Shown one piece after another: positions 30,347 through 44,099 of a DNA stretch of 64,000 nucleotides. The stretch's first letter is position 1. Every line of letters starts with the position of its first letter. Below the pieces are notes generated by a model. It had not been told where the DNA came from. It saw only the letters and a program-made list of their open reading frames with translations, and made no database searches. This DNA comes from the human T2T-CHM13v2.0 reference genome, Homo sapiens: the NCBI RefSeq assembly GCF_009914755.1, contig NC_060939.1; one strand, written 5' to 3'. The position numbers and the translations under genes were made by a program.

Positions 30347-31899
30347 TAGATGTTGGCCTGTTCCCCCATTTGAAGGCACAGGGGAGATATATGAGGAACA
30401 ATTCAATTAAAAGCAATTAAAAGGGCTTTAGGCTTGAGGAGTAAACAAGAAGGAACCTAAGACTTGTAGTAACTTCCTTGGCTCCAAGCCCTATTATCAC
30501 GGTAGGGAAAGTTGGGGAGGGGAGGGGTGTAAGGCTTCTCCAGCAATCCCACAGCCTCCAATTCTGTCCCAGACCCTGGCAGAGACACACACGTTTTAAC
30601 AAACACTCTTCCCCTAATTTTAAAGCCCCTGTGGATTGCAAGGAAAATTTAATCCATATGTCTCTGATTCATTTATACTTAACTCATCAACATGCTGTTT
30701 TGTAAGAGCCATTTCATGTCCAAGTGCCTTTTTTTTTTTTTTTAAGGTCTTAAAACTCTGGGGTTTTTTTCTTCGAAACAGGAAATCATACTGTGCCAAG
30801 AGAAAAGGAACTTGAGCGCTCAGGGGTTCAAACTGCGTTCAAAGCTCCTGCTTCCCCAGAGACCCCAACCAACTAAAAGGATGTCCCACTGCCCCCTCAC
30901 TCCCCTGCACCCCAATGGGAGACACAGATGCTAAAAGCAGCCAAATCTGACCAGGAGAAGACTGGAGAAAGAAGCAGGGTTAGGCTAGTTCAGGGTAAAA
31001 TTGTTCTCCTGTTCACAGCCAAGACTGAGCTCCTCAGAGCCCACTTAGGCCTGCAGGCTGCAGGAGGGAGAGGAGGCAAGCCAGGAGTTCCATTCTGCTT
31101 CATTGGAAGCAGCGTCTTCACTCAAAACAGAATGCTGCAAGCAGGTTCCTCTGGAAATGGCCCGAAGTCCCTGGTCTGAGCTCAACTGTGGACTCTGGCA
31201 AGGTCTCTGGAATGGCAGTGAACTTGGAAGGTCCAAGCCAGAGAGCTGGAAGAATGACCACTGCTCCAGCCTCACGTCTCCTTTCCCCCAACCCTCTCAC
31301 CTTGTGAGTCTCCTCTGCAGCTGCACTGCACAAAGACGTCCCCCTGCCCTCCAGCCCAGTAGAGCTGAAGGTTACCAAGGGGACAGTAAATGAGTGCTCC
31401 ATTTTCTTAAACCTCAGGGAAGGCTTCTCATGCAGGCAACTCTACAATGGGTGCACAGCTGAGCAGGACACACTGAGAGCCACTGTAAGCTCTGGTCAGC
31501 CTCTGGACAGCCACATCCTCCCTTTGACAAGGGGCATGTAGAACCATAGTATGTACATGCGCCCGCATGGGTGTTCACACAATCTGCATGTGCTGCACAG
31601 CTGGGATAACCTATATATCAGGGACTGATTTGACTGGTCCCTCAAGAGCAAGAAGAGAGTTTAGCATGAATTCTTAGGTTAACCAATTCCCAGGGTCAAA
31701 AGAGTAGAAAACAAGATAGCCAATGTCAAATAAAACAGAAACAGCCTGGGTGCAGCCAAGCAACCATGGTTAATAAAATCCCTGACCCACCTTTCTTCCT
31801 ACGTTGAGAAACAGGCTGAAGTCAATAACCACTTAGATAAGGGATGGGTTTTCAGAGGCAGGAACACCATCACCCTTAGCCAGGAAACCATATTTTAGA

Positions 31900-32318
31900 G
31901 TAATAGATGGGATGATTGTTCAACTCATATTCATGCCCCTCCATGTCTCTGCCCCACTGACTCTGGGCTTGGCCCAGTGACTTGCTTTGGGCAATGAAAT
32001 GCAAGGGAGGTGACAGTGACTGTTCCAAGCCAAGGTTTTAAGAGGTACAGACTGTTTCTGCTCATCAGCTTGCATGCCTACCATCTGCCATGAGAAGAAT
32101 ATGCTCTGCCCCTTCAGCCGGCACCCCAGAATGAGAAACATGGGGCACACCAGCACCTTACCGACTGCCTGGAGCCAAACTCAGCCAAGCACATCAGGAA
32201 TCAGCCAAACCCAGCCAACCCACAGGCCTGGGCACAAGAAATAAATGCTTGTCAGAAAAGACTGAGTGGGGGGTGGTTTGTTACCCAGCAGTATGCAGTA
32301 ATCGCTAACTAAGATACA
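31900..32318 (+). mobile_element. MLT1H/I-like LTR
   Basis: GTGACTTGCTTTGGGCAATGAAATG..CTGCCATGAGAAGAA..AAATAAATGCTT..GCTAACTAAGATACA end. Confidence 0.75.
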
Positions 32319-32911
32319 TTGCTTACAATTTCTAATAACCAGACTACAAATATGCATTGAGCCAGCCCTGCCTTCCACCTAAGACCTGCCCTGGCCAGTC
32401 TTGCCCTATAAAACTGGGCTTGATGACAGTCAAATCTCCTCGCCATGTGATTGTTCGTTTATTACTTCATTCCACAAACATCTATTAAATGCTGGCCAAT
32501 AGGGATACAGAGATTAATGAGGACATGGCTAGGGCCTTGAGGAGCTAATAGGATATATGAGAAGCAGACACATAAAGAGAAAATGATAGTATGTGATACA
32601 GATGATGACAATGACAGAATGAGCCTAGGGCATCGAGGCATCACAGTCTAAGAGGCATATGTCACCAATGCATGGAGCAGAGTGCAGGAGCAGGACAAAG
32701 CTGATGAAGACTTCATAGGTAGGAGAGGTGTCCGATGCCTGGATCCTAAGACATAACCAGAACCGTTCTCTAGAGAGGACTCTGCCAAGAAACCACACCT
32801 TCCTACCTTTGGAACAGTTACCCAGTCTCACGACTGCAGATATTGCACATGACGCCTCCATTATTTGTTCAAGTGTTCAAAAATTTTTCATTGAGCACTT
32901 ACTATATGCCC

Positions 32912-33415
32912 GATCTGCAATGTCCAACTCAGTAGCCACTAGCTACATGCAATTACTGTGTATTTGAAAAGTGGCTGGTCTAAGCTGAGATGTGCTGTAA
33001 TTATAAAAACATGCTGGATTTCAAGGACCTACCATGAGCAAAAAAAAGATTTAAAACATCTCATTAATTTTTAAAATAACATGGTCAAATGATAGTATTT
33101 TAGATATATTGGGCTAAAATACATAATTAGAATTAATTTCACCTGTTTATTTTATTTTTTAAAAACATGGCTACTAGAAAACATCAAAGTATGTATGGGG
33201 CTCTCTCGTATTCTGATTAGACAGCACTGTGCCAGACTCTAGACCTAAATTTGGTTGCACATTAGAATCCCCTGGGGATCTTTTAAAAATTCTAAAGCCC
33301 AGGCTGCATCCCAGACCAATAAAATCAGAATGTCTAGCGACGGGCCCCATGCTTCAGTGCAGTTTGGAGTACGCAGGTGGTTTCAATGGGCAGACAAGTT
33401 CAGGAACGATTATTG
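32912..33415. mobile_element. MER33 followed by MER5A (hAT-Charlie)
   Basis: GTAGCCACTAGCTACATG..TTTTAGATATATTGGG..GGCTACTAGAAAA; then TGCACATTAGAATCCCCTGGGG..CCAGACCAATAAAATCAGAAT. Confidence 0.75.
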
Positions 33416-34395
33416 TAGCAAGAGGGATCCTCTCCTAGCCTGGGGCAGTTGTGTGGTGGATGACCCTAGTTTTTCTCTTCACCTGGAAGTATGCAGCTCT
33501 CCACCCTCCATGCCTGAAGGAGGGAGCTTTTCAGTGGGCCAAGCCTAATTGAATAAAAGTCATGGCCTCCTTCTAGGCTCTGCCCTTCCAGGCTCTGTGA
33601 TTTGACATCAGTTACTTAACCTCTCCATACCCAAGGGGACCCAGCTCAAAAACGGGTGCATCACTGCATTGGGTCACAGAGAGGTTTCCAGCAGTGGAAC
33701 ACACACACAACCTAAAATCATTTTGCTCACACAGTTTATCTAAATATTAACTAAGCGTGATGTGAGGCGAATATAACAATTAACGGTACACAGCAAGCTC
33801 CCCAGAAGCAAAGTGGGTACCCCAGGGAGTCATGAAACGCATGCGTGTGTGAAAGTGAGAACAGTACTGCAGAGTAAATAAGGTTCACAAGCTAAAGAGT
33901 GGAAGGTGGAGGGGCTCCATGGAGGACAATCTCCACTAGGTCTTTCTCCCTGCCCTGTCTTCTGCAAGCGGCCCTGGGGGAGTGTCCGGCAGGTCTCTCG
34001 GGAGGGGCTGCTGTCTAGGTCCCATCTCCCTTGCATTTTGCCCCCACTGTGCCCCTCTTGCTAGAGGAACCATCCCAGTAATAAATTTCCACTGTCACTC
34101 AGCCTCATGAATTCCGGTCCTTAGCCACAGAAAGCACTGTTGCAAGTGGGGACAGGAGGAAGAGAGTGTAGGCAGGAACATTACCTGTGAGAAAGCTCAG
34201 CAGATGCTGAGACCTTCCTCTTGGGATCAATGGGATGGGTGAGAGAGCTGAAGGAGGCACCATACATGGACTTATGAGGGCTTCCCACAAAGGGTCATAC
34301 CTGCATCAGCACCAGAGCCCCAGAGATGTCACCATCTCGACAGTGGTGGCGATTTCACTGGCATATGCAACGTCACAACCTCAAATCATACTTTA

Positions 34396-34815
<420 letters not shown>

Positions 34816-35104
34816 TCAGTTTCCCCACCTGTAAAATGGGTGCAATAAAAGTATCTACCCCAAGGAGTTGTTGAGAGAAAAGCCAGCAAGACTGAGTGGA
34901 GCTGGCGTGGAACTATCAGCTCCTATGTTTAACATAGTAATCATAATAGTTGTTGTTGCTATGAGTATTAGAATAATGTCATGAGGCAATAACTTCAGAG
35001 GCATGAGATGTTTTTGCTCATCCTTTTGCCCCTGCACTCTGCTATGAGGAAAACGTGGTCTTGTCCCTTCCACCTGGACACCAGAATGAGCAACAAGGAG
35101 CATG

Positions 35105-35300
35105 GGAATGGTAATAATATAGTATTCATAGTAATGATGTACAGCAATAATAGTAGTAATTGTAATAACATGTTGTAACAGTAATGTAATATATATAAGG
35201 TTAGTGTATATAATACTATGCATATACCAGCATATATATTACCATTATCATATAATACATAGTCATAGAAGTAATATGGTAATAATAATGGTAACAATTA
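35105..35300. repeat. AT-rich low-complexity (TAA/TAG-like) tract
   Basis: Degenerate TAATAA/TAGTAA repeats. Confidence 0.8.
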
Positions 35301-36339
35301 TTTTTAAAGCTGCAAGAGTGCAGAAGCTGTCAGACCAAATGTGGACTGTGAAGTGAATCAGCAGCCTATATGAGCTAGTATTTATAATTCAAGGGACTAG
35401 TGGGCATAGTTCCTATCTTGGAAGGCCCTATAGCTGGGAATGGTTAAGAATGAAGGTATTACACAGGGCTCATTCCTGGCTTCCCCGTTCTCCAGCTGTG
35501 TGACCCTGGGTAGGCTGCTTAACCTCTCTGACCTTCAGTGTCCCCAGGTATAAAATGGAACTAAAAATATTACTGCTCTTAGGTTCCTCTGAGGGTCCAG
35601 TGGGAATATGCACAATCTGTACTGAATATAGTTCCTGACACAGAGCTGATTAAAGAAAGCTGACTAGTTTCAACTCCTCAGCCATCATCATCATCTTCAT
35701 CAAGGCCACCAAATCTGAGGCTACCTGGCCTTTGGCTGAGTGTGAGTTGAGTGACATCTAAGCTGTCCTTAGTGTGGTATGACGGGGGCGGTGGGGGAGA
35801 AGATAGATCTCCAAATCTCAAAACCGACATGCCTGCATTCAAATCCTGCCCTACCACTTCCTGGCTTTGTGCCTGGAGGCCAGTTACTCACCCTTCTTAA
35901 GCCTCGGCTCAGTTATCTGCAAAGTAATTTAATAACCAAGAGGCTTAAAAATGCATCTTATTTAACCCAACCATTCCATTTCTAGAAATATTACCCAGGG
36001 AAATAATCAGAGATGTACGTGGAGATTTATGCACAATGACATCCATCAGCACATTTAAAAAATAGTGAATAACTGGGAATAAGTAAAATGTCTAACATGG
36101 CAGATTAATTACAGTATAGTACGTCCAAGTGATGTAATACTGCACAACTATTAAAAAGCATGTTGTCAAAGACTATTTGAAGACATGGGGGAAATGTCTA
36201 TGACATATTAATAAGTAGCAAAAGTAGTTTACAAACTAGCTGAGTCCCATTAGCCTTAGGGCACCTTGGATGAATTCCAGAAAGATGCTCCCCTTGGATG
36301 GACACAGCCTCCTGACCCTCCTTCCAGCCTTGACTCTCT

Positions 36340-37070
36340 ACTCTTGAGCAGGGCACAACCTGTGCTACTGGACCCAGCAGTCCTTCCTGCTTCCACCCTG
36401 GCCCCCTGTGGCTCATTTCCCATGAAGCAGCCAGAGTGGCCCCTTCTAAAATACAGGTCTGCTCATGCCCTCCCCTGCGTTACACCCTCCACAGTCTCCC
36501 CACCTGCTTAAATGGCTGCCAGGGTCTTTGCCATAGCCTAGAAGACCCTATGTGGCCTGGCCCTGCATAAACTCACTGGCTTAATCTGCTATTACCCCTG
36601 CACCACCGGTCCAGCCACACTGTCCTCCAGGCTGCTCTTTGAACATGCCAGCACAGTTCCATCTCAGGGCCTTTGCACTAGCAGCTCCCTCTGCCAGGAA
36701 CTCTCTTCCCCGAGATGTCTGTGAAGCCCTCCCCTCTCTGCTCGGCTTGCACTCATTCAAGTAGATTTCCCATCCCAAAGACCTCCCAGCCCTCTCCACC
36801 AGCCTGTGCCCTCTTATCTTCAGTCTTCTCCATCTTAGCACTTATCACTACCTGCCATGTTATAGGTTCATTTGTTTGTTTATTGTTTGTCTCTCCTGCT
36901 CCCCACCTCGGTCCCCACCAGAATGTAAGCTTCACAAAAGCAGGGACTGTTTTATTTATTGCCAAATCCCGGTATGTAAGCCAGTACTTGGTGCCCAGTG
37001 CACGCTCAAAAATGCTGAAGAAAGGAAGGAAGGAGAAAAGGAATGAAGGAAGGGAGGAAGGGAGAAAGGA
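36340..37070 (+). mobile_element. L2a 3' end
   Basis: CTCAGGGCCTTTGCACT..CCCTCTGCCAGGAAC..GAATGTAAGCTTCAC..GCAGGGAC; GGAA-rich tail. Confidence 0.8.
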
Positions 37071-37932
37071 CAGCGTGCCCTAGGCAACGTAGATAAGCAT
37101 TCTCCTATAAATATATACAAAAAGGAGAAAGAGTGAGATCTCAGAATCTCCCTATGGGATAATCACTTGGCAACCCTGGTAGGAAATCCTTAATGCAAAT
37201 TCAGCCAGAGTCATTCCTCCTCCAGAAATGACCGTGACAGCTGCTGTCTCTCCAGCCACTCCCTGGGGTGTCATGTCAAACAGATAACAAGTTCACAATG
37301 CCAACCTGCCAGTAACTTCTAAGACACAACTTTGCATTTCATCTTCACCTCCTCCTCCCTCAATCCTCCTTACCCCACAACCCCTGACCCACTCTTAATC
37401 TCACCATATCCTTCTGCCCAGGGGCCGAACCCTGGCTGCTCCTTCCTATTTCCCCCACCCAGGCAGCAAGCAACTGGCCTTCAGCCCTAAATGTGAAAAA
37501 AAAAGCACGGTTTCCAGGACAACTTGGATGCAGCCCTCTTGCCTGCGCCTCTGGGAACCTGGTGCACGGCCATGCGTGCTCAAGCCATCTGACCAAGACT
37601 CTCACCTTCAAAAAAAAGAACAGCCAATACTCATCTTAGGAGAGTTGCTGATTTCTAAATCTAATCCCTGTAACTCCTGTGTGAACCCTGGGCCCCAGAG
37701 GAAAGTCAGGGGCTAGGGGAGTGGAGCGGCTGACCTCTCCTTAGATGTCTGCCCTCTGAAAGAGGAGCCATGCTAAATTGGGAACCCGTTTTACTACCTG
37801 CAGCTTATCTTTACTGATGAAAGGGGAAAAAGGTTAGACCTTTTGTTAACGGATGCCAAAAGAAACTTGGGAAAGACCAGCAAAAATGCTGGGAATTAGG
37901 GCAGATTCTCTTAAAGCTGGGGAAGGAATTAG

Positions 37933-38396
37933 CAGGAATGGCAAATGTATGTCATGTCAAAGGTCAACCCTGATCAACTGGTAGTGGTAATACTGTTTCC
38001 CATATCCAATAACATAAAAATTAAATGACAGTTCAAAAATACAAAACTCATACTACTTTTACCTTCACTTATCGTTTCCTCTGCTCTCCTCTTACCCATT
38101 GATCAAATGGCAGTGGACAACCAAATGACTGTGTTGAGAAGTATTCTGTGCCTGATTTCAAGCCTAACAGTGCCATGATCAATTAGTGATGTCTGCTGTA
38201 CGCACAAGGGTAGGGAGATCACACACATGAATTAGTGATATCTGCCATGGGCACAAGGGTAGGGAGATCACTCACATCAATTAGTGATGTCTGTCATGGG
38301 CACAAGAGTAGGGAGATCACACACATCAATTAGTGATGTCTGCCATGGACACAAGGGTGGGAGATGACACACATCTGACCCATATTTGTCGACCTG
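37933..38396. mobile_element. old non-autonomous hAT-like DNA transposon
   Basis: Imperfect terminal inverted repeats CAGGAATGGCAAAT / ATTTGTCGACCTG; family not certain. Confidence 0.5.
38178..38375. repeat. 49-bp minisatellite, 4 copies
   Basis: Unit ATTAGTGATGTCTGCCATGGGCACAAGGGTAGGGAGATCACACACATCA starts at 38182, 38231, 38280, 38329. Confidence 0.95.
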
Positions 38397-39204
38397 AGGG
38401 AAGCGGTAAATGTTCCTTGGTCATGGCTCTCAGACACTTTTTATCTCCATGACTCACCTGCCAGCCTAGTGTCCCCAAGATTATGAGCAATTCCTGTGTG
38501 CTATCTAAAACTCCACCCCTTTCTGCCCTACTCAAGAACACATATCAGAATGCAAGTTAGCAAAACCACCATGAATCTGCCCCAATCTATTAAAAGAAGT
38601 AAATCTTCTGCAAAAGGCAGCATTTTAATATTGGTAACAAATTACTTGCAACCCATCTCACAGTAGATCACACATCACAACAAGGCAAATGAGAACCATG
38701 GCTCTGAAGCCCACTTCTGCCTTACATAGGTGCAGCAGCACCAAAGCACAGGTTCTTGAGCAGCTTGTTTCTACTTTGCCTGCAGCTTAGTCTCAGCCTC
38801 AAGCTTCTCAACAACCTGGCAACTCCCCCAGCAATCAGAGCTGGCACATCAGATGAAATATGATGGCTATCTCAGCCGCTCAGTGTCATTCTTGGAGGGC
38901 TGGGCCACGTCTCTAGTCACTGAAGCTCCTTAACTTATATCATCATCAAGGCTCCGACTGCATGGCCACAAAAGTCAGGCCCTATTATCAGACCTGCTGC
39001 CTTTGATCATTAATCCTGAAACATACAAGCAACTGCTGCACCTTTGGCAGGTGAGAGCCCATACACAGGACCAGAGCTTGGTTAAATCTCCGGTAGGTTG
39101 CATTCCCACCCCCTGGCATCTATAGGTACCCATGGTGTTGACTCTCTCAGAAAAATGTGGCCACAAGCCAGACTGGCCAGAGGTTTGTCCCAATAGTATG
39201 AAGG

Positions 39205-39761
39205 TGTGTCCATTTCTTATGGCTGCTGTAACAAATTCCCACAAACTCAGTGGCTTATTCTCTCACAGTTCTGCAGGCACAAGGTTGGCAATCAGTATTG
39301 CTGTTCTGAAATCAAGGCATCAGTAGGGCTGCACTCCCTCTGGAGGCTCTGGGTAGAGTCTGCTCCTTGTCTGTTTCAGCTTCTTTCTAGCAGCTGATGG
39401 CATTCCTTGGCTTGTGGCTACATCACTCCAATCTTCAAGGCCAGCACCTTCAAATCCCTGCATCTCTGTCTCACTGCCTTCTCTGTGCATGTTCAAATCA
39501 CCCTCTGCCTCTCCCTTACAAAAATGCACATTCTTGCCTTCAGGACCTACCTGGATAATCCAGGATAATCTCCCCAAATCAAGATCCTTAACTTAATCAC
39601 ATCTACAAAGACCCTTTCCCTGTACAAGATGACATATACAGGTTCAGGGATTAGGACCTGATTTTTTGTTTCTGGTTTTTTTTTTTTTGGCTTTGGGGTT
39701 TTTTTTGTTTTTTTTGTTTTTTTTTTTTTGTTGGGGAGACAACCTTATTCTGCCTACCACA
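39205..39761 (-). mobile_element. MLT1D/E-like LTR
   Basis: GGCTGCTGTAACAAATT..GCATTCCTTGGCTTGTGGC..GGATAATCCAGGATAATCTCCCC..ATTCTGCCTACCACA. Confidence 0.85.
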
Positions 39762-40403
39762 GAAGGTAAAACCAAGTGTCATTTTTACCTCAACGTAAAC
39801 ATGAATTTTTTTCCCTTAATAAGGAATCTCAAACATATGGAGAAGTGTTTTCTGGCAAAGAGGAACTTCAATTTGGATCACAAAATCAAACATCTATTCT
39901 TCCTCTGGAAAATGCCAATTCTGTCTGCAGGGAGTGGGAAAAAAAGGGAGGGGGGAAGGAAGAAAGGAAGGGATGATATTCTCCTATAACCACCAGTTTC
40001 AATCTTAGGGTAGCATGATTAGAAAGCAGGAAGGGGAGGATTTGAAAGGAACATTTACAGTAGACCTGCTATGTGCCAGGCAGCCTTGCTCACTTACTCT
40101 TCTTCTCATGCTTATGGATGGGTGTCAGTTTCTCTCCTTAACAGATGAGGAAACCCATTCCAGACCACACAGCTCATAAATGGCAGTCAGGATTTAAATA
40201 GACAGGCTCTGTCTTCATCTCAAAGTCATGTTATTTCTGCCATAGCATACCTGTCTCCAATGATGCACCTGATCATTGTTATGAAGAACATGTGGTCTGA
40301 TCCCTGAATCAGCAGTGCAAACCCAACAGCATGGGCATAATCTGCCATGAGCACTATGGACCAGAAGACAGGGTTCTTTCTTTGGACTCAGTAAGGATTC
40401 CTT

Positions 40404-40469
40404 TAACACTCTCTGTGGGCCTCAAGCAGGGGTTGTAACACTCTCTGTGGGCCTCAAGCGGGGGGGTTG
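40404..40469. repeat. 32-bp tandem duplication
   Basis: TAACACTCTCTGTGGGCCTCAAGC..GGGGTTG at 40404 and 40436. Confidence 0.9.
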
Positions 40470-40826
40470 CTATAAAGTTAATATTAATCATATTAGCTTT
40501 CTACTTATCTTGTACATGTTGTTATCAATTATTGACTGTCTCAACAGCACGAGGTGGTATTGCCTTCCCCAATCCTATGGGAAACTGAGGCTTGGGGAGG
40601 GCAAACAGCCTCAGCAAGGTCACCTGTGTGGTGGTGCCAGGATTTGACCTAAACCCTCCCTAATTCCAAATCCCATAATACAAACAGGGGATGCACTCTC
40701 ACTCCTCCCCAAGCACACTGTGTGGCTCCTTGGCAAGTCTTTAAAAAGCCAGTGGAAGGGGCTCTTCTTGCTGCAGCCTTTGGAAGAAGTGGGCTGCAGG
40801 AAGGGGCTTAAGAATAAAAAGAAGTC

Positions 40827-41142
40827 GGCCGGGCGCGGTGGCTCACGCCTGTAATCCCAGCACTTTGGGAGGCTGAGGCGGGTGGATCATGAGGTCAGGA
40901 GATCGAGACCATCCTGGCTAACAAGGTGAAACCCCATCTCTACTAAAAATACAAAAAAAAATTAGCCGGGCGCGGTGGCGGGCGCCTGTAGTCCCAGCTA
41001 CTCAGGAGGCTGAGGCAGGAGAATGGCGTGAACCCGGGAAGCGGAGCTTGCAGTGAGCCGAGATTGCGCCACTGCAGTCCGCAGTCCCGACTGGGCGACA
41101 GAGCGAGACTCCGTCTCAAAAAAAAAAAAAAAAAAAAAAAAA
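40827..41142 (+). mobile_element. AluYb8, full length, with 17-bp TSD
   Basis: Diagnostics GGATCATGAGG, CTAACAAGG, GGGAAGCGG, GAGATTGCG and the 7-bp GCAGTCC duplication; pure A tail; TSD AAGAATAAAAAGAAGTC at 40810-40826 and 41143-41159. Confidence 0.95.
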
Positions 41143-43094
41143 AAGAATAAAAAGAAGTCTGCCAGCAGCGTCCCCAAAGCAGACCCCTCCCACCCTCCAG
41201 AGACAGCTGAGAAGGAAGAATGAGATCATACTCATGAAACTCATGAAATACTCAGCCTTCTTGGGAAGAAGGATGACATGTAGAATGTGAGCCTGGGCTT
41301 TCTCCTAGGGCTGGGCCATGCACAGATTTGCAAGCCATGGCCTGGGGACCATCTGATGTCTACAGCCCTAGCTGACTGAGCAAGGCCCCAGTGCCCTGCA
41401 GACGTGAATGTCCCTCCTTAAACACTTGATTTACTCCCAGGGAATGACTTAGACAGTGGGAAGAATATGGCTCAGTGTTTCCTGTTGCTGTCAATTATTA
41501 TTATTGCTTAAATTAAGCTGTTTTAACTCCATCGTAACAGACTGAATCTGATTGGCCAAATGTTTATTAGAGAATTATTAGTAGAAATTGAACAGCTAAC
41601 TGAGGATGGAAGTCTCACAGATCTTGTTTAGACAAGCAATGGCTTCCAATACCCATTACCTGGGAGCTGTGGCTATGGCCAAATTGATGGCACTCTGGCG
41701 GACACCACAACACCTGTGATCGTGAGCCCAGACTCTGCCTTGGCAGCAATGACATTCAATCACTGCAAGAAGGAAGAGTGAGAACAGCTTGTGTTCTCTA
41801 GGGGTTGACTGCCTTCAAGTCAATGGTCCCATGTGAGAATTTAATAGTCTTCTCAGAATATGCCCTGGTTGGAAAGCCACATAAAGAAATGGCTGCTATT
41901 TGGAGAAAATGTCTCAACAAAGATGGCTTTAGCCCACTCTATTCTCACCAAGAGATATATCTGACCAAGTACATTGCAGAAATCAAAGGACTGAGCCAAA
42001 GCTTTCTGAACTGGATGACCCAACCCTTCCTAGAGTTTCTGGGGCTGATCAGCGATGAGTGGTCTCCATTGAACCATGGCTCACTTACAGGGTGTCAATG
42101 TTGTCAATGGCATTTTTGGGAAACCTGCTTGGAGTCAGAAGGAGGAAAGCAGGGTTTGTATAACTCTCAGTCCACTTTCAGACCTGCTTGCTATCCTCCA
42201 CAATTAACTGCAGGTCAACATCAAATCTGCAAATATAAACTCCAAAAAATATAATAAATTAACCAGAGCAAGAAAACCAGTTGAATCCAAATAAATAGGT
42301 GCATAACCCTCCCCAGGTTTAGAAGGTTTGAGGAGTACCTTTAGGTCTAAAGATTGAGCACCAGTAATTTGGAGGATGAGGTAGGGCGTAAAGGTGAAGC
42401 TTGGATACTCCAATTGAAATGATTATACAGCCACAAGAAGTTGCAAAAATAGTACAGAAAGGTCCCATGTACCTATGCCCCAGCTTATCTGAGTGGTAAC
42501 ATCTTACATAACCATAACACATTATCAAAACCAGGAAATCAGCCCAATTTTACTCAGATTTCACCAGAAAGCCCAATCTCCTTCTGCAGTGGTCATTTGT
42601 CCATTTTTAGCAGCCCAGCATTCATTCCCTAACAGCGATTTGATTTTCTATCAAGGAATTATCTTTCTTCTATTGTGTGTAGTATAAATGGGAAAATAAT
42701 TTTAGGTGGTGACCTCTAAAAGGAAGCCAAAGTGACTTTGCTCCCCATTTCCTTCCCCAGAACAAACAGAGGGAGGGAACACAGGGCATCCTAATCATGC
42801 TGTTCTCCGAGATGCTAACTGTCCTGCCAGTTTATTCCAGCATGGGACAAAATCTTATTCTCTCCCATCCCCAATCCTGACCAGCCCTCTCCTCCAGGCC
42901 TTATTACATCCAGAGAGCCCCCAGCATCCCTCCATCATTTACATTTTGCCTGGTTAGCCAGAATCAGTTTCTGTGGCTTATATAAAAGAATATGGACTGA
43001 ATCACCCACGATGACTATCAACCAAGGATGACCTGGTTGGGAAAAGCCCCACTGGAGAAGACCCTACTTCACCATGACACAGACCCAGAGGCAG

Positions 43095-43597
43095 GTGCTG
43101 CTGAGGCCCCACTCATATCCCTGGCCCACCTGAGTCTCCTGGCAAAGACAGCAGGCAGTTCAGCCCCCAAACTACACCCACCTCAAGAGCCTGCATCCTT
43201 TTTCTTTGCCTAAGGACTTTCTCCAGCACAGTAAGAGCAAGCTTGGCCTTAAGCAGGTACAACCCAGAAGTGTGGGGTAATTAATACCACTGGAACAACC
43301 CATAACTAATTAATGGAGGACAGGAGTCACTAAATACATGTTCCAGTCCCTGCATCTGCAGTGGAGAGCAACTTTGAGGCAGGTGCCACCCAGTTTCTCA
43401 GACGGTCCCCAGCAGGACTAAGCTCCAGTTACCCACTGCAGCAATCCACTCACTGTCACGCTCTTTCTTGACTTTATCATCTCCCTTTCATATTGCCCGC
43501 TTGCTCCCTAATGCATCCTGGAATCACCTCCCAAATAAATTACCTGCACATCAAGTCCTTATCTCAGAGTTGACTTTTGGAGAACCAAAACTAAGAT
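43095..43597 (+). mobile_element. LTR16-like ERVL LTR
   Basis: ACAACCCAGAAGTGTGGGG..GGTCCCCAGCAGGACTAAGCTCCAGTT..TCACCTCCCAAATAAA..AAACTAAGA. Confidence 0.75.
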
Positions 43598-43674
43598 TGA
43601 AAAGCAAAGAAGGATTTGACAGCCTTTCTAAACAAAAGAAGAGAGTCTGGTAGTGCTTTAGGCTTATGGCTCAA

Positions 43675-43895
43675 AGCTGTGCTATCCACAACAGTGGTCA
43701 CTAACCACATGTGGCCACTGAGCACCTGAGACTTGGCTAGTGACACAGGCTGACATGATAGCATCTCTGATATATTGGGCTAAATAAAATATAGTATTAC
43801 AATCAATTTCACCTATGTCTTTTTATTATTAACATGTCTACTAGAAAATTTAACGTTACATCCTTGGCTGGAATATATTTCTATTGAACAGTGCT
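43675..43895. mobile_element. MER33/MER3-like MITE
   Basis: CACTAACCACATGTGGCCACTGAGCAC..GATATATTGGGCTAAATAAAAT..CTACTAGAAAATTTAA. Confidence 0.7.
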
Positions 43896-44099
43896 GGTTA
43901 AAGAGGTGTGTCAGAGAACAGTTGGGATATTATTGCTACTATCATTAATGCTGTTAGCATGACAAATGTACCAGAGGACTATGAAGAGTGTGATTATGTA
44001 TATGTCTACCTGAGTAACTCCTAGAGTGACAGGAACGCACTGATAAGAACTATTTTTACACAGTACAAGAAGAGGAATGGGAAGAGATAGTCTCATACA

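Noticed and set aside
38178-38375. Regularly spaced repeats as a CRISPR-like array
   Set aside because: Units are contiguous with no unique spacers, there are no cas genes, and the DNA is human; it is a minisatellite.
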